The notes: generated by a model not told the origin, from the letters alone. A DNA stretch of 64,000 nt from Candidatus Moanibacter sp. (GCA_965215885.1 CBDCEW010000105.1:320001-384000), one strand, 5' to 3'; shown: positions 46,306-58,657, counted from the first letter of the stretch. Numbers and translations are program-made.

Positions 46306-47625
46306 GTGGTAAGAGTACGATTCGCACCGAGCCCGACGGGCAGTTTTCATATTGGCAGCGCGCGCACGGCGTTGTTCAACTGGCTATACGCGCGGCATAC
46401 CAAAGGTGAATTCATATTGCGAATAGAGGATACCGATAAAGAGAGGAATACTCCTGAGGCGCTGCAGGATCTTTTAAATGGGATGCGCTGGCTCGGGCTG
46501 AATTGGGATGAAGGTCCCGAAGCTGGAGGGGAGTCCGGACCCTATTTCCAGAGCGAGCGAACGCATATTTACCGTGAATATCTTGAGAGGCTTCGGGAAA
46601 GCGGTAGAGCCTACGACAGAGATGGCGCGGTCTACTTCAAGGTATCGAACGAGCCGCAGACTATCAACGATGCAGTACGAGGTGAGGTAACCCGCAAGGA
46701 AGAGAAGGATTTCGTGATTTTCCGGTCGGATGGCACCCCGGTATTTCACTTCGCCGTTGTGGTTGATGACATCACAATGAAAGTGACGCATGTTATCAGG
46801 GGAGAGGATCACTTATCGAATACGAGCAAGCATACAGAACTTTTCTCCGCTCTTGATGCGACTATCCCGGCCTTTGCCCACATCCCATTGATTCTCAAAG
46901 CGCATGGAAAGGGCAAGATGAGCAGTAGAAACGAGGGATTCCTGTTGGAGGATTACGAGAACCGTAATTTCCTCGCCGAATCCGTTCGAAATTATCTCTG
47001 CTTGCTTGGTTGGTCGCCTAAAGACGATCGGGAAATCATCCCAATTGATGAGATCATATCAATTTTTGATTTTCCCGGTATCAACAAGGATGGGGCGCGC
47101 TTCGACGATCGTAAACTGGCCCACATCAATACCACCTATATGCGAAAACTTCCGGTCGAGACCTTTGCCTGGATGGCGAGACCATTGCTTGAATCCGCGG
47201 GAGTAGTAGGGGAGGGGATCGGCGAAAATTACTATCAGAGCGTTGTTGGATTATGCCAGGAGAAGGTTCGTTCACTGGATGAATTGCCTGCCTATACCGG
47301 GTATTTCTTCAGCGAAGACTTCCCGATCGACGAAAAGGCACGCAAGAAAGTTTTTCGTAAGGGTGAACCCCTGGAGCGCCTGAAAGAATTGCTCACGGAA
47401 CTGGAGACCTTGTGCGATTTCGATGAAAATGAGCTTGAAGCAGTTGTCAAAAAGCTCTCTGAACAGAAGGATGTATATACCGGCGAGTATATTCATCCTG
47501 TTCGGCTAGCTGTCTCCGGAACGAGCGCCGGACCCGGCATTTACGGCCTCTTGCGTGTTCTTGGTAAGGAGAGAACGTTGACCCGAGTACGAAAATTCTT
47601 GCAGAACTATGGAGAAATTCACTGA
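46306..47625 (+). CDS. gltX: Glutamate--tRNA ligase
   Basis: RFAPSPTG.FHIG, LRIEDTD, VIRGEDH. Confidence 0.93.
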   Translation: MVRVRFAPSPTGSFHIGSARTALFNWLYARHTKGEFILRIEDTDKERNTPEALQDLLNGMRWLGLNWDEGPEAGGESGPYFQSERTHIYREYLERLRESGRAYDRDGAVYFKVSNEPQTINDAVRGEVTRKEEKDFVIFRSDGTPVFHFAVVVDDITMKVTHVIRGEDHLSNTSKHTELFSALDATIPAFAHIPLILKAHGKGKMSSRNEGFLLEDYENRNFLAESVRNYLCLLGWSPKDDREIIPIDEIISIFDFPGINKDGARFDDRKLAHINTTYMRKLPVETFAWMARPLLESAGVVGEGIGENYYQSVVGLCQEKVRSLDELPAYTGYFFSEDFPIDEKARKKVFRKGEPLERLKELLTELETLCDFDENELEAVVKKLSEQKDVYTGEYIHPVRLAVSGTSAGPGIYGLLRVLGKERTLTRVRKFLQNYGEIH

Positions 47626-47690
47626 TCTGCATCTCATCCGATATTTGACCGCATTCGCGCCAGATAATTCCAAATAATGTTGAATCCAGT

Positions 47691-49424
47691 ATGACTTCTG
47701 AAGAATCCGGAGTGCCAAAGCATTTTATCAGACAGGCTGTTTCTGATGATATGGAGAGTGGCCGTTGGAATGGTCGCGTGGTGACACGTTTCCCGCCGGA
47801 GCCGAATGGGCATCTCCATATCGGGCATGCCAAGTCGGTCTGTCTCAATTTTGGGATTGCCCGAGAGTTCGGAGGCACCTGCCATTTGCGTTTCGATGAC
47901 ACGAATCCGGAAAAGGAGGAAGCCGGCTTTGTCGAGGGGATTAAGGAAGATATCCGTTGGCTGGGATGGAATTGGGGTGAGCACCTCTATTTCGCTTCGG
48001 ATTATTTCGACACGCTGGCCAAATTTGCCATTCAGTTGATCGAAGCGGGAAAGGCATATGTCTGCGATCTCAGTAGTGAAGATATCCGAAAATATCGCGG
48101 CACTTTGACAGAGCCGGGGCGGAACAGTCCCTACCGGAACCGAACGATTGAGGAGAATCTCGATCTGTTCGGGCGCATGAAAGATGGCGAATTTGAGGAA
48201 GGGGCTCGGGTCCTGAGAGCAAAGATCGATATGTCGGCGCCCAACCTGAATATGAGGGATCCCGTGGTGTATCGGATCATCAAAATTCCTCACCACAGGA
48301 CCGGGGATAGTTGGCACATATATCCGATGTATGATTTCGCCCATGGGCAGTCGGATTCGATCGAGCAGGTAACCCATTCGCTCTGTACGATGGAGTTTGA
48401 AGACCATCGCCCGCTGTATGACTGGTTCCTCGATGCGCTCGAGATTTACCACCCGCAACAGATCGAATTCGCCCGACTCAATCTGAGCCATACGCTCCTG
48501 TACAAAAGGATGCTTTCGAGGCTTGTTGCTGAAGGTCATGTTGCGGGCTGGGACGATCCGCGTATGCCGACGCTTGCCGGGATGCGTCGCCGGGGCTATA
48601 CTCCGGAAGCAATCAGAGAATTCTGCGAGCGGGTCGGAGTAGCCAGGCGAGACAACGTGGTCGATTTTGCGCTTCTCGAGCATTGCCTTCGGGAGGACTT
48701 GAACAAACGAGCCCTTCGTGTGATGGGCGTTCTACATCCGTTGAAGTTAGTGATCGATAACTATCCCGAGGATCTGATGGAGGAACTTGATGCCGTCAAC
48801 AATCCGGAGGACCCGGCCGCAGGAACGCGCAAAGTGCCGTTTTCTCGCAACCTGTATATTGAGCGAGATGATTTCAGAGAGGAGGCTCCGCGAAAGTACT
48901 ATCGCCTCGCTCCCGGAAGAGAAGTGCGGCTACGCTACGGCTACTACGTTACCTGCACGGGAGTGAATAAAGACGGGGAGACCGGGGAAGTAACCGAACT
49001 GCGCTGCACTTATGATCCGAAGACACGTGGCGGACATTCGCCCGACGGCCGAAAGGTAAAGGCGACGATTCATTGGGTGTCTGCCGCACATGCGATCGAG
49101 GCGGAGGCGCGGCTCTATAGTCGACTGTTTTCCAGTGAAAAACCCCACCAGGCCTCAGACGGGAAAGACTTTATCTCGAATCTGAATCCCGATTCGCTGG
49201 AAGTTGCCAGATGCTTTGTTGAGCCGAGCCTGGCCGGGGCGCAGGGAGGTGGCATCTATCAGTTTGAGAGGCTGGGATACTTCTGCGTCGATACGATCGA
49301 CTCAAACGAGGAACGACTCGTTTTCAACCGGACGGTGACTTTGCGCGACTCCTGGTCGAAGATTGCAAGGAAACAGAGGAATCTTTCGGACGCATCTCCG
49401 TCGGAATCTCAATCCATCACCTAA
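47691..49424 (+). CDS. glnS: Glutamine--tRNA ligase
   Basis: [40 protein letters not shown]. Confidence 0.96.
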   Translation: MTSEESGVPKHFIRQAVSDDMESGRWNGRVVTRFPPEPNGHLHIGHAKSVCLNFGIAREFGGTCHLRFDDTNPEKEEAGFVEGIKEDIRWLGWNWGEHLYFASDYFDTLAKFAIQLIEAGKAYVCDLSSEDIRKYRGTLTEPGRNSPYRNRTIEENLDLFGRMKDGEFEEGARVLRAKIDMSAPNLNMRDPVVYRIIKIPHHRTGDSWHIYPMYDFAHGQSDSIEQVTHSLCTMEFEDHRPLYDWFLDALEIYHPQQIEFARLNLSHTLLYKRMLSRLVAEGHVAGWDDPRMPTLAGMRRRGYTPEAIREFCERVGVARRDNVVDFALLEHCLREDLNKRALRVMGVLHPLKLVIDNYPEDLMEELDAVNNPEDPAAGTRKVPFSRNLYIERDDFREEAPRKYYRLAPGREVRLRYGYYVTCTGVNKDGETGEVTELRCTYDPKTRGGHSPDGRKVKATIHWVSAAHAIEAEARLYSRLFSSEKPHQASDGKDFISNLNPDSLEVARCFVEPSLAGAQGGGIYQFERLGYFCVDTIDSNEERLVFNRTVTLRDSWSKIARKQRNLSDASPSESQSIT

Positions 49425-49478
49425 AAATCCGTACCTCAAGGGAGTTTCTAAAGCTGGTTTCGGCAGAATCCTAGTCCT

Positions 49479-49965
49479 ATGACATCTCCTGCAAAGGTTC
49501 TATTTCTTGGTCTGGATGCCGCCGACAAGGACTTGATCTTTCGATGGTGCGAAGACGGGTTTCTTCCAAATATCGAAGCGTTTCGAAAAGAGAGCCTCTG
49601 GGGGCTTACGGCGAATCCTCCCGGTCTCTATACGGGCGCCGTCTGGCCTTCTTTTTACACTGGCGTTTCACCGGCGCGGCATGGCCGGTATTTCCACACT
49701 CAGCTCAGACGAGGGACCTATAAGACCTATGACTTTCGGATCACCGATCTCAAGTGCGAACCTTTTTGGGACACATTGAGTCGAGCTGGTCTTCGTCTTT
49801 CCATAATTGACGTTCCCAAAGGCCCGCCGTCCAAGAAGCTGTGTGGAATTCAGATCTGCGACTGGGGCACGCATGATCCCGAATTCTCGTCGCCGCGATT
49901 CTTCCCGCCCTCTCTCGCTTCTGAAGTGACTTCACGCTTCGGCAAGGATCCTGTTGGGCGGTGCT
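49479..49965 (+). pseudogene. Alkaline-phosphatase-superfamily (phosphodiesterase-like) 5' fragment
   Basis: LGLDAAD..LPNI..WPSFYTGVSPARHG; homology stops near 49965. Confidence 0.7.
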
Positions 49966-50187
49966 TGCCGCTTCCATTCCTTGATGCACGGGAAGTTCGA
50001 TTACCTTTAAGGCGAGATCGGAAAAATCGGAAAGTAATGAGCGTGTAGTTTCGTCTGGACCGTCCTGAACTACTATAATTTCGATGTTGTTGATATTCTG
50101 TATCGTGATGCTTGCGATCGCCCGCATGAGGAGTTGCGGCCGATTGCGGGTCGGTATAACGACGCTCACGCTGGGAACTGCTGTCAT
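49965..50187 (-). pseudogene. GT2 glycosyltransferase 5' fragment
   Basis: VSVVIPTRNR..EIIVVQDG; ends before the DxD motif. Confidence 0.7.
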
Positions 50188-50268
50188 TCCTTGTCTTCGG
50201 GTTTTGCTGTTGAATAGGATGCTCGATTATGCATTCCTGTAAAATTGAAAAATCTGAAAGGCGAAATT

Positions 50269-51681
50269 ATGGTTAAGACACTGTTCGAAAAAGTCTGGGA
50301 GCGCCATATTGTCAGAGAACTGTCCAACGGTGAGTATCAGCTGTTTATTGGTACACACCTTGTCCACGAAGTAACCAGCCCCCAGGCCTTCGGCATGTTG
50401 CATGAGATGGGTCTGGGGGTGCCTTTTCCTCACCGAACCTTTGCCACGGTCGATCATATTGTTCCCACGGATGATACTAAAGAACCTTTCAGTGACGCTG
50501 TGGCTGATGAGATGTTGCGCTACTTGCGACGAAACTGCGAGGAATACGGAATAACCTTTTTCGATCTGCATTCGGGAAGGCAGGGGATAGTACATGTTAT
50601 CGGGCCCGAGCTGGGGATTACACAACCGGCTACGATGATCGCATGTGGAGACTCACATACTTCGACCCATGGCGCCTTTGGTGCGATTGCCTTCGGAATC
50701 GGGACATCACAGGTTCGCGATGTATTGGCTACACAGACACTGGCGATGGACAAGCTGAAAGTCCGCCGCGTCAATGTGGACGGCCAGCTTAGTCCAGGTG
50801 TTTACGCTAAGGATGTTATTCTGCATATTATCAGAAAACTTGGTGTTAACGGAGGTATCGGGTTTGCCTATGAGTACGGTGGCGAGGTGTTTGACCGCTT
50901 CTCAATGGATGAGCGTATGACGGTGTGCAATATGTCGATTGAAGGGGGTGCGCGTTGTGGATATGTGAACCCCGATGATAAGACGTTTGATTATTTGAAG
51001 GGGCGTCCCTTTTGTCCCTCGGGTAATAAATGGGAAGAGGCCGTTCGCGATTGGCGCGAAATGGCGTCAGATCCCAATTGCCGATACGATGATGTGGCGA
51101 CGTTCCGAGCGGAGGATATCGGACCGACCGTCACTTGGGGTCTCAACCCGGGGCAAGCTATCTTTATTGACGAAGAGGTTCCTTTTCCGGAGGAATTTCC
51201 CGAAGGGGAGAGAGCCAACGTCGAGGAAGCGCTGACCCACATGAAGCTCGCTTCGGGAAAGCCGATTAAGGGGACACCGATCGATGTCGCCTTTATCGGC
51301 AGCTGTACCAATAGCCGGCTCTCCGATCTCCAGGAGGCTGCACGCTTCGTGAAAGGGCGAAGGGTAGCGCCTGGAGTAAAGGCTCTTGTTGTTCCAGGCT
51401 CAAGTGGAGTCAGTGCACTTGCGGAGGAAATGGGAATTGCGGAGACATTCCGTGAGGCCGGATTTGAATGGCGTGGCGCCGGATGCTCGATGTGCCTGGG
51501 AATGAATCCGGATAAGTTGGTGATGGACCAGCTCTGTGCGAGTTCGAGCAACCGAAATTTTAAGGGAAGACAGGGTAGCCCTTCGGGGCGCACTGTGTTG
51601 ATGAGTCCGCTTATGGTGGCGGCGGCGGCAGTGGCCGGTGAAATCAGTGACGCACGCGAAGTGTTCGACGTCGCAAGTTAG
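50269..51681 (+). CDS. leuC: 3-isopropylmalate dehydratase large subunit
   Basis: [38 protein letters not shown]. Confidence 0.97.
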   Translation: MVKTLFEKVWERHIVRELSNGEYQLFIGTHLVHEVTSPQAFGMLHEMGLGVPFPHRTFATVDHIVPTDDTKEPFSDAVADEMLRYLRRNCEEYGITFFDLHSGRQGIVHVIGPELGITQPATMIACGDSHTSTHGAFGAIAFGIGTSQVRDVLATQTLAMDKLKVRRVNVDGQLSPGVYAKDVILHIIRKLGVNGGIGFAYEYGGEVFDRFSMDERMTVCNMSIEGGARCGYVNPDDKTFDYLKGRPFCPSGNKWEEAVRDWREMASDPNCRYDDVATFRAEDIGPTVTWGLNPGQAIFIDEEVPFPEEFPEGERANVEEALTHMKLASGKPIKGTPIDVAFIGSCTNSRLSDLQEAARFVKGRRVAPGVKALVVPGSSGVSALAEEMGIAETFREAGFEWRGAGCSMCLGMNPDKLVMDQLCASSSNRNFKGRQGSPSGRTVLMSPLMVAAAAVAGEISDAREVFDVAS

Positions 51682-51719
51682 TCGGATTCCTGAACGAAAC
51701 TTTGCACTCCAATTCATAA

Positions 51720-52331
51720 ATGGCGCTAGAGAAAATCACCCAGATTACCGGAAATGGTGTATACGTTCCGGGCGATGATATCGATACGGACCGAATCATT
51801 CCGGCTCGGTATCTCAGGTGCATCACTTTCGATGGCCTGGGCGAGTATGCTTTTTGCGATGAGAGGAAGGGTAAGGATGGCAGCGACACATCGCACCCGC
51901 TGAACGATGAGCGCTTTGTTGGCGCTACCATTCTCCTGTGTGGCTCCAATTTTGGGTGTGGGAGTTCCAGAGAGCACGCGCCCCAGTCTCTTTTCCGCCA
52001 CGGTTTTCGGATTATTATTGGCGTCAGTTTTGCGGAGATTTTCTTTGGTAATTCCATCAAATTGGGCATGCCCTGTCTAACGGCGCCTCGTGATGAAATT
52101 GAAATTCTGGCTTCGGCGATCGAGAGTGATCCGAAACTGCGCGTAACCGTCGATGTTGGCAGCGGCAATGTCTCTTACAGCGACCACACGTTTCGTGGTG
52201 AATTACCCGAGGGAGCGCGAAACAGTCTCCTTGAGGGAAGGTGGGATCCCATTGCTGAGCTCTTGGAGGGGAGGGAACTTACGGATCGAGTTGCTTCGAC
52301 CCTATCCTATGTTGCTGATAAAGCGACCTGA
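51720..52331 (+). CDS. leuD: 3-isopropylmalate dehydratase small subunit
   Basis: DIDTDRIIP, NFGCGSSREHAP. Confidence 0.97.
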   Translation: MALEKITQITGNGVYVPGDDIDTDRIIPARYLRCITFDGLGEYAFCDERKGKDGSDTSHPLNDERFVGATILLCGSNFGCGSSREHAPQSLFRHGFRIIIGVSFAEIFFGNSIKLGMPCLTAPRDEIEILASAIESDPKLRVTVDVGSGNVSYSDHTFRGELPEGARNSLLEGRWDPIAELLEGRELTDRVASTLSYVADKAT

Positions 52332-52351
52332 CCGGTCGATTGGTATGAGAC

Positions 52352-52924
52352 ATGATCAACCTGGTTGAAGGGGCGGGAGTATTCATCTGGCCGCTGGGGA
52401 TATGCTCATTCCTGGCGGTTTTTATTATTGTGGAACGGCTCATCGCCCTCAGACCAAGCAGAGTAATCCCCAGGGAACTGATAGAGAGCTTTATCGAAGG
52501 AGAGATTCCTGAAACCGTGAATGAATCCGTCGGTGGAAGGATTCTGGAGTTTTACTCCCGGCACGATCGCGATCCTGAGCAGCTCAAAGCCTTTGCACGT
52601 CTCGAAGTTTCGCGGATGGAACGCGGATTGTTCATTCTGGAAATCGTCATCAGCGCGGCTCCCCTAATTGGACTGTTGGGCACTGTTACCGGGCTGATCA
52701 AGGTCTTCGCCAATATCTCCCCTGAGACGGGAATGCCTGACCCCGCTTCTTTCATCGAAGGAATTGCCCTCGCTCTTACTACCACCATGATCGGTCTCTC
52801 GATTGCTATTCCGGCTCTTGTCGGAAATAGCTTTTTGATTCGACGTGTCGATACTCTCGCCGCCCGCCTCGATGTGGGGGTAGAGAGACTGATCGATCTT
52901 AGAAAAATCAATACCGAAGCATGA
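52352..52924 (+). CDS. MotA/TolQ/ExbB proton channel
   Basis: APLIGLLGTVTG, GIALALTTT. Confidence 0.92.
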   Translation: MINLVEGAGVFIWPLGICSFLAVFIIVERLIALRPSRVIPRELIESFIEGEIPETVNESVGGRILEFYSRHDRDPEQLKAFARLEVSRMERGLFILEIVISAAPLIGLLGTVTGLIKVFANISPETGMPDPASFIEGIALALTTTMIGLSIAIPALVGNSFLIRRVDTLAARLDVGVERLIDLRKINTEA

Positions 52925-53319
52925 GTCTGGTCGACAGACCCCGTCGAAGGAGAGTGGAAATCAATATTGTTCCGCTTGTCGATGTCCTCACCGTCCTGAT
53001 TTTCTTTTTTCTTGTCTCTATGCAGTTTCGTAATGTCACCACGCTCAACCTGATTCTACCGAAAATAGAAACGGCAGGTAGAAACAGGGTCGTTGAACAA
53101 TTGGAGATTGCCGTGGATGCCGAGGGAAATCTTTACCATGGAGGTACCCCCGTTACAAAAGAGAAACTCGAGGCCGCTGTCAGATTTCAGGCTGAGGTCG
53201 ATAGAGACATTCCAGTCCTGGTTTTAGCCGACGAGGAGACTTATCTAAAGAATGTTACTTTTATTATGGACACGTGCCGCGCCGCCGGTCTTGAGAAAAT
53301 CCGGCTCCAATCCCGCTAG
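52921..53319 (+). CDS. ExbD/TolR family protein
   Basis: INIVPLVDVLTVLIFFF. Confidence 0.92.
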   Translation: MSLVDRPRRRRVEINIVPLVDVLTVLIFFFLVSMQFRNVTTLNLILPKIETAGRNRVVEQLEIAVDAEGNLYHGGTPVTKEKLEAAVRFQAEVDRDIPVLVLADEETYLKNVTFIMDTCRAAGLEKIRLQSR

Positions 53320-53504
53320 CCCGGACATTTCACACACTTCGTAGTGAGACTGTCCCGGCGCGCCGGGACTGCGTATCAGTGCCTTTCCGCAGCACGGCGG
53401 GCGACAGCGTGTTGAAACCCTCTGAGGTCGCCGGACAAGGGAAGGCTTTGAGACGCAGTGACATCCGCGGTCGTAGCAGAAGATTTGTGAAATGTTCGGG
53501 CTAG
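53316..53504. mobile_element. 189-bp MITE-like element (family B), copy 2
   Basis: Reverse complement of 19584-19772; left CTAG overlaps the exbD stop. Confidence 0.88.
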
Positions 53505-53578
53505 GAATCTGTCGGAGTTAGCTTTTGGAATGAATCCGAGTAACTCCTCCGAAAGAGGCATAGAGTCCGACGGGTTAG
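53501..53578. repeat. Family A MITE-like element sharing CTAG with the family B copy
   Basis: CTAGGAATCTGTCGGA..CGAAAGAGGCATA.AGTCCGAC, similar to 62749-62816. Confidence 0.7.
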
Positions 53579-53614
53579 TACCCGTAGAGGTAAGTCCGCC
53601 GCCATCCAGTCCCG

Positions 53615-54808
53615 TCAGGGTAGGGCGTAGGAAAATTCCACAACCGGATCGACATCGGCATCGTAGTCGACACCGTCGAGGCCGAATCCAAAGAGGCGCA
53701 GGAATTCGCTCTGATAGCCCGCGTAATCCGACATTTCATCGAGATTTTCGGAATTGACCTGATGCCAGTATTCCTTGGCCGCTCTTTGCACATCTTCCCG
53801 CATCTCCAGATCGTCGATGCGAATGCGTCCGTTGGCATCAAGTTTGGGACCACCTGCCGTATAGAGATGATCGTGAAAGAGACGATATATCTGCTCGGTG
53901 CATCCCTCGTTGATACCCTTTTCTTTCATTACTTTGAGCAGAATCGACATATAGAGGGGTACGACCGGGATAGCCGAACTGGCATGGGTCACTACGCCTT
54001 TATTGATAGATACGAATGCCCTGCCGTTTCCGTTTAGCATCCCATTTATCCTTCCAGCGGATTCCTCGAGATGCTCTTTGGCCAACCCGATTGTCCCATT
54101 TTTGTAAATTGGCCAGGTAACCTCCGGTCCAACGTAAGAATAAGCCACCGTCGTGCACCCATTCGCGAGGACACCCGCTTTGACGAGGGCTTCGACCCAC
54201 ATCTCCCAATCCTCGCCTCCCATTACGCCCAGTGTACCGCGAATCTCTTCTTCCATCGCGGGTTGTGTGGTTACCTCCCTGATCTCCTTTCGATCCGTGT
54301 CCAGACTCTTGCTTGTAAAGGGATTTCCTACCGGTTTCAGCGCCGACTTGAGCACTTCTCCGGTCTTTGGATGTGTCCTTCTCGGTGCCGCCAGACAATG
54401 AATAAGGAGGTCGATCGATCCGAGATCCTCTTTAATCGTTTCAACCGCCTTATTTTTTATCTCGTCGGAGAAAGCATCTCCCACAACGCTTTTTGCGTAA
54501 ATTCCCTCCTGATGGGCGGAGCGCTCAAATGCTACGGAATTGTACCATCCCGGGGAGGCAGTTCTTCCCCTTTCCGATGGCCTCTCAAGAAAGACGCCGA
54601 ATGTGGCCCCGCCGCAACCGAACGCGCTCACAATTCGAGTGGACAGTCCGTATCCGGTCGATGCCCCGATGATGAGGGCTTTTTTCGGGCCCCCGCTGAT
54701 TGAGCCAGCCGACTTCACGGCGGCAATCTGCTCGTTCACATTCGCCGCACATCCGGCTGGATGCGCGGTGACACAAATGAATCCTCTGATTCGCGGCTTT
54801 ATGATCAT
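53615..54808 (-). CDS. fabV: Enoyl-ACP / trans-2-enoyl-CoA reductase FabV
   Basis: MIIKPRIRGFIC, GASTGYGL, GDAFS, VMGGEDW, FGF. Confidence 0.95.
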   Translation of the reverse strand: MIIKPRIRGFICVTAHPAGCAANVNEQIAAVKSAGSISGGPKKALIIGASTGYGLSTRIVSAFGCGGATFGVFLERPSERGRTASPGWYNSVAFERSAHQEGIYAKSVVGDAFSDEIKNKAVETIKEDLGSIDLLIHCLAAPRRTHPKTGEVLKSALKPVGNPFTSKSLDTDRKEIREVTTQPAMEEEIRGTLGVMGGEDWEMWVEALVKAGVLANGCTTVAYSYVGPEVTWPIYKNGTIGLAKEHLEESAGRINGMLNGNGRAFVSINKGVVTHASSAIPVVPLYMSILLKVMKEKGINEGCTEQIYRLFHDHLYTAGGPKLDANGRIRIDDLEMREDVQRAAKEYWHQVNSENLDEMSDYAGYQSEFLRLFGFGLDGVDYDADVDPVVEFSYALP

Positions 54809-54981
54809 TATGCCTTCAATCTGTGGGATTTACAGTGAGGCGTAAACTCGAAATAGCTTGCTTCGAGCTGATTATCACTTTGTTTTCTCAATAGTTGGGC
54901 CCTTGGGATAGAGGACTCTTCCATATCCGGGAGCCCAAGTTGTCTTTTCGAGTCTAGCAACCCCTTTTTGAAAGTTATCGG

Positions 54982-56280
54982 ATGAATCCTCTGAGGTGGA
55001 AATTGCATTGGCAGATACTGTCGGCGCTCGGATTGGCGCTCATTATTTCGGTGATTGTTAAAGGGGCCTCGCTCGAGGGGAGCGGGTTTGCGGCGGGTCT
55101 GCTATCGACATGCGAATTTCTGGGCAGGTTCTTCATGAATGCGTTGAAGATGATCGTGGTGCCGTTGATCGTCTCCTCGATAATCTGTGGCATCATGGGT
55201 CTCGGGTCGGAGCGCAGTTTCGGGCGTATGGGCATCAAAGTACTGCTTTACTACACAGTCACAGGTTTCCTGGCAATTGTGGTCGGTCTGCTTATGGTCA
55301 ACACGGTCAGGCCTGGGGTCGTGGAACGGGAACTGGCGGAGCAAATCCTCGGTCAGGCGCAGCATCCCGAGGAGTTCATGCACAAGGTCGAAGGCAGGGG
55401 CTCAACCGACATTGTGAATATCTTTTTGCGGATGGTTCCACCCAACATCATTGCGGCAGCTACCGATAACGGCCAGCTCCTGGGGTTAATCACATTCAGT
55501 CTATTCTTTGGATTCTTCATCAGCAAGCTTCCAGAAAAGCTGAGGGATTTTCAGCAAAGTCTGTGGGAGAGCGTGCAACAGGTGATGATGATGCTGACCG
55601 ATCTCATAATCCGATTCGCCCCGTTTGGTGTGTTTGGTCTGGTGACCCCGATACTGATACGGACTGGGTTCAGCGCATTCGAGCCGCTACTGTGGTTCTT
55701 CTTAACTGTTCTGGCGGGACTGGCCTTTCACATTTTCGTCAGCCTCGCGATCCTCTTGAAATTTGTCGGAAACGTTAGCCCCTTGCAGCACTACCGGGCG
55801 ATGGCCCCTGTTCTTCTGACCGCTTTCTCCACCGCCTCGTCGGCTTCGACACTACCTGTGACAATGGAGACGGTAGAGAAGAATGCGGGGGTGTCCGACC
55901 GGACGGCCAGTTTTACGCTACCTCTTGGAGCGACCGTGAATATGGATGGCACGGCGCTCTATGAATGCGTAGTAGTAATATTTATCGCCCAGATATATGG
56001 CGTTCTGCAGGGATTCGAGATAGGAATCGCGACTCAGTTTACAGTCCTTCTGCTGGCGCTTTTGACTTCGGTTGGGGTGGCTGGAATTCCGGCGGCGAGT
56101 CTGGTGGCGATCACCGTAATTCTGGGGGTTGTCGGGCTGCCCCTCGAGGCGGTGGGCTTGGTCTGGGTGACGGATCGCGTACTCGACATGTGCCGTACCT
56201 CGGTAAATGTTTTCAGCGACACGTGTGGGGCCGTAATCATCGGGAAATCAGAGGGGGAAAAGTCGATTTATTCGGGCTGA
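54982..56280 (+). CDS. Dicarboxylate/amino acid:cation symporter (DAACS)
   Basis: [34 protein letters not shown]. Confidence 0.93.
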   Translation: MNPLRWKLHWQILSALGLALIISVIVKGASLEGSGFAAGLLSTCEFLGRFFMNALKMIVVPLIVSSIICGIMGLGSERSFGRMGIKVLLYYTVTGFLAIVVGLLMVNTVRPGVVERELAEQILGQAQHPEEFMHKVEGRGSTDIVNIFLRMVPPNIIAAATDNGQLLGLITFSLFFGFFISKLPEKLRDFQQSLWESVQQVMMMLTDLIIRFAPFGVFGLVTPILIRTGFSAFEPLLWFFLTVLAGLAFHIFVSLAILLKFVGNVSPLQHYRAMAPVLLTAFSTASSASTLPVTMETVEKNAGVSDRTASFTLPLGATVNMDGTALYECVVVIFIAQIYGVLQGFEIGIATQFTVLLLALLTSVGVAGIPAASLVAITVILGVVGLPLEAVGLVWVTDRVLDMCRTSVNVFSDTCGAVIIGKSEGEKSIYSG

Positions 56281-56368
56281 GACCGACCGTCTTCCGTCGT
56301 TTGTAAAGGCAGGCCGGGGAATTCGAACGGCCATCGACCGAACTTTCGGATTGATTGAGGGATGCACG

Positions 56369-58399
56369 ATGGAATTTAAGCTCCAAGCCGATTTCGTGCC
56401 AACCGGTGACCAACCGGAGGCCCTTGAAGAGTTGGTAGGCTCGGTGGAAAGAGGAAACCGGTACCAGACACTATTGGGAGTAACCGGGTCGGGCAAGACG
56501 TTCACGATGGCCAACGTGATTGAACGTTTGCAGCGACCGACCCTGGTAATTTCGCACAATAAAACCCTTGCGGCTCAGCTATATTCCGAGTTCCGAAACT
56601 ATTTCCCCGGCAATGCGGTGGAATATTTCGTGAGTTACTATGATTATTACCAGCCGGAAGCGTATATTCCGCAGACCGATACCTATATCGAGAAAGATTC
56701 CTCGATAAACGATGAGATCGAGCGCCTCCGCATTTCGGCAACGAGTGCCCTGATCAGCCGGCGCGATGTCATCGTGGTAGCAAGTGTTTCATGCATATAT
56801 GGCCTGGGGTCTCCGGAAGACTTCCGCGAGATGATGATTCCGCTACGGGTAGGCGAGGAGATAGGGCGAGATGAATTGCTGCGCCGGATGGTAGAAAATC
56901 TATATGAGCGCAACGATGTGAAGTTCTCCCGCGGACACTTCCGGGTTCGGGGGGAAATCGTCGATATATTTCCCGCCTATATGGAAAGTGCGATTCGATT
57001 GGAGTTCTGGGGTGATGAAATTGAGTCGATTCGCGAATTGGATCCACTGACCGGAAATACGGGTAACAAATTTGAAGCCTTTCAACTCTACCCGGCCAAT
57101 CAGTTCATCACGCCAAAACGCAGAGTGGAAAAGGCCTTGGACTGCATCCGCGAAGAGCTCGATGAACGTGTCTTGGAGTTTGAAAAGAATGAGCGATTGT
57201 TGGAAGCCCAGCGTATTCGCATGCGTACGGAATACGATCTCGAAATGCTGCGAGAGATGGGTTTCTGCAGTGGCATAGAGAATTACTCGCGCCACTTGTC
57301 CGGAAGAAGGCCCGGTGAGCGCCCGTGGTGCCTGATTGATTTTTTCCCTGAGGACTTTCTCTTAATCATCGACGAAAGTCATGCTACGGTGCCGCAGATC
57401 GGGGCGATGTATCGGGGGGATCGCTCGCGAAAGGAGAAGCTGGTGGAATTTGGATTTCGCTTGCCGAGCGCCTTGGACAACCGGCCCCTTAAGGCGGAGG
57501 AATTCCACGAGCTCACGGGGGTGACGATCTTTGCTTCAGCGACTCCCGCGGAGTATGAATTGAAGACGTCCAGTGTTATTGCTGAGCAGGTCATTCGGCC
57601 GACGGGACTGTTGGACCCACTAATGGAAGTTCGTCCCGCGCAAGGGCAGGTGGAGGACCTCATAGGGGAAGCGCGCAGAGCGGTGGCGGAAGGGGAGCGC
57701 GTTCTGGTGACGACTTTGACCAAGCGAATGGCGGAGGACCTTACACACTACTTGAGGGAACGGGAAGTTCGGGTGGAATATCTACATAGCGATATTGATG
57801 TGATTGAACGCATTGAGATCCTGCGAAATCTGAGAAGGGGCGACTTTGATGTCCTCGTCGGGATTAATCTCCTTCGTGAAGGGTTGGATCTTCCCGAAGT
57901 TGCCCTGGTAGCGATTCTGGATGCCGACAAAGAGGGATTTTTGCGAAGTTTAACGAGCTTGATCCAGACTGCGGGCCGGGCGGCAAGGCATGAAAAGGGA
58001 CGAGTAATACTATATGCCGATGTGATGACGGAGTCTCTTAAGTCGACCCTGAGAATCACGGACAACCGACGCAACAAGCAGATTATTTACAATCGTGAAC
58101 ATGGAATAACCCCAAAGGGGGTGAAAAGGGCGGTACAAGCCAGTCTGCATTATCATGACCGCAACGAAGATATCGATCCCGTCACCGTCTCTGAAGCGAG
58201 AGGGGATGAAGATGTGGCTGCCGTTATTGTGGAACTTGAGTCGGAAATGTTGGAAGCCGCAAACGGCCTCGAATTCGAGCGGGCTGCTCTATTGCGGGAC
58301 CAGATCGACGCTCTAAGGCGAGGCGACTTTGGGAAGACCGGTTCTCCCGCAAGAGGGAAGAGGAGAAGCTATGGTAGAGCTCGTTATCGGCGTAGGTGA
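56369..58399 (+). CDS. uvrB: Excinuclease ABC subunit B
   Basis: [33 protein letters not shown] at 56369. Confidence 0.98.
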   Translation: MEFKLQADFVPTGDQPEALEELVGSVERGNRYQTLLGVTGSGKTFTMANVIERLQRPTLVISHNKTLAAQLYSEFRNYFPGNAVEYFVSYYDYYQPEAYIPQTDTYIEKDSSINDEIERLRISATSALISRRDVIVVASVSCIYGLGSPEDFREMMIPLRVGEEIGRDELLRRMVENLYERNDVKFSRGHFRVRGEIVDIFPAYMESAIRLEFWGDEIESIRELDPLTGNTGNKFEAFQLYPANQFITPKRRVEKALDCIREELDERVLEFEKNERLLEAQRIRMRTEYDLEMLREMGFCSGIENYSRHLSGRRPGERPWCLIDFFPEDFLLIIDESHATVPQIGAMYRGDRSRKEKLVEFGFRLPSALDNRPLKAEEFHELTGVTIFASATPAEYELKTSSVIAEQVIRPTGLLDPLMEVRPAQGQVEDLIGEARRAVAEGERVLVTTLTKRMAEDLTHYLREREVRVEYLHSDIDVIERIEILRNLRRGDFDVLVGINLLREGLDLPEVALVAILDADKEGFLRSLTSLIQTAGRAARHEKGRVILYADVMTESLKSTLRITDNRRNKQIIYNREHGITPKGVKRAVQASLHYHDRNEDIDPVTVSEARGDEDVAAVIVELESEMLEAANGLEFERAALLRDQIDALRRGDFGKTGSPARGKRRSYGRARYRRR

Positions 58400-58411
58400 G
58401 GGGCGAGTCGG

Positions 58412-58657
58412 TCACCCAACTTCACTTCCCACAGGAAGTTGACCGGGTTTGAGAAACGTCTTAATAAGCTCCCCTTCACCACAGACGGTTACACCCGGGA
58501 ATCTTTTGTGCCACTTTTCATCGGGTACATTCGGCTCGGAGTCGAGCCAGTCTGCAAGTAAACCCAATTGGTCTGCCGGGATTTCTCGCTCCTTGATGCG
58601 ATCGAGCAAATGGGTGAGCAAGGCGCGAGGAATGTTGTGGCGGCGGACCTTAGGCAT
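58412..58657 (-). CDS. Small hypothetical protein, toxin candidate
   Basis: 81 aa from ATG 58657; overlaps the upstream gene by 8 bp. Confidence 0.65.
   Translation of the reverse strand: MPKVRRHNIPRALLTHLLDRIKEREIPADQLGLLADWLDSEPNVPDEKWHKRFPGVTVCGEGELIKTFLKPGQLPVGSEVG

Noticed and set aside
47634..48683. 349-aa minus-strand ORF
   Set aside because: Antisense shadow of glnS
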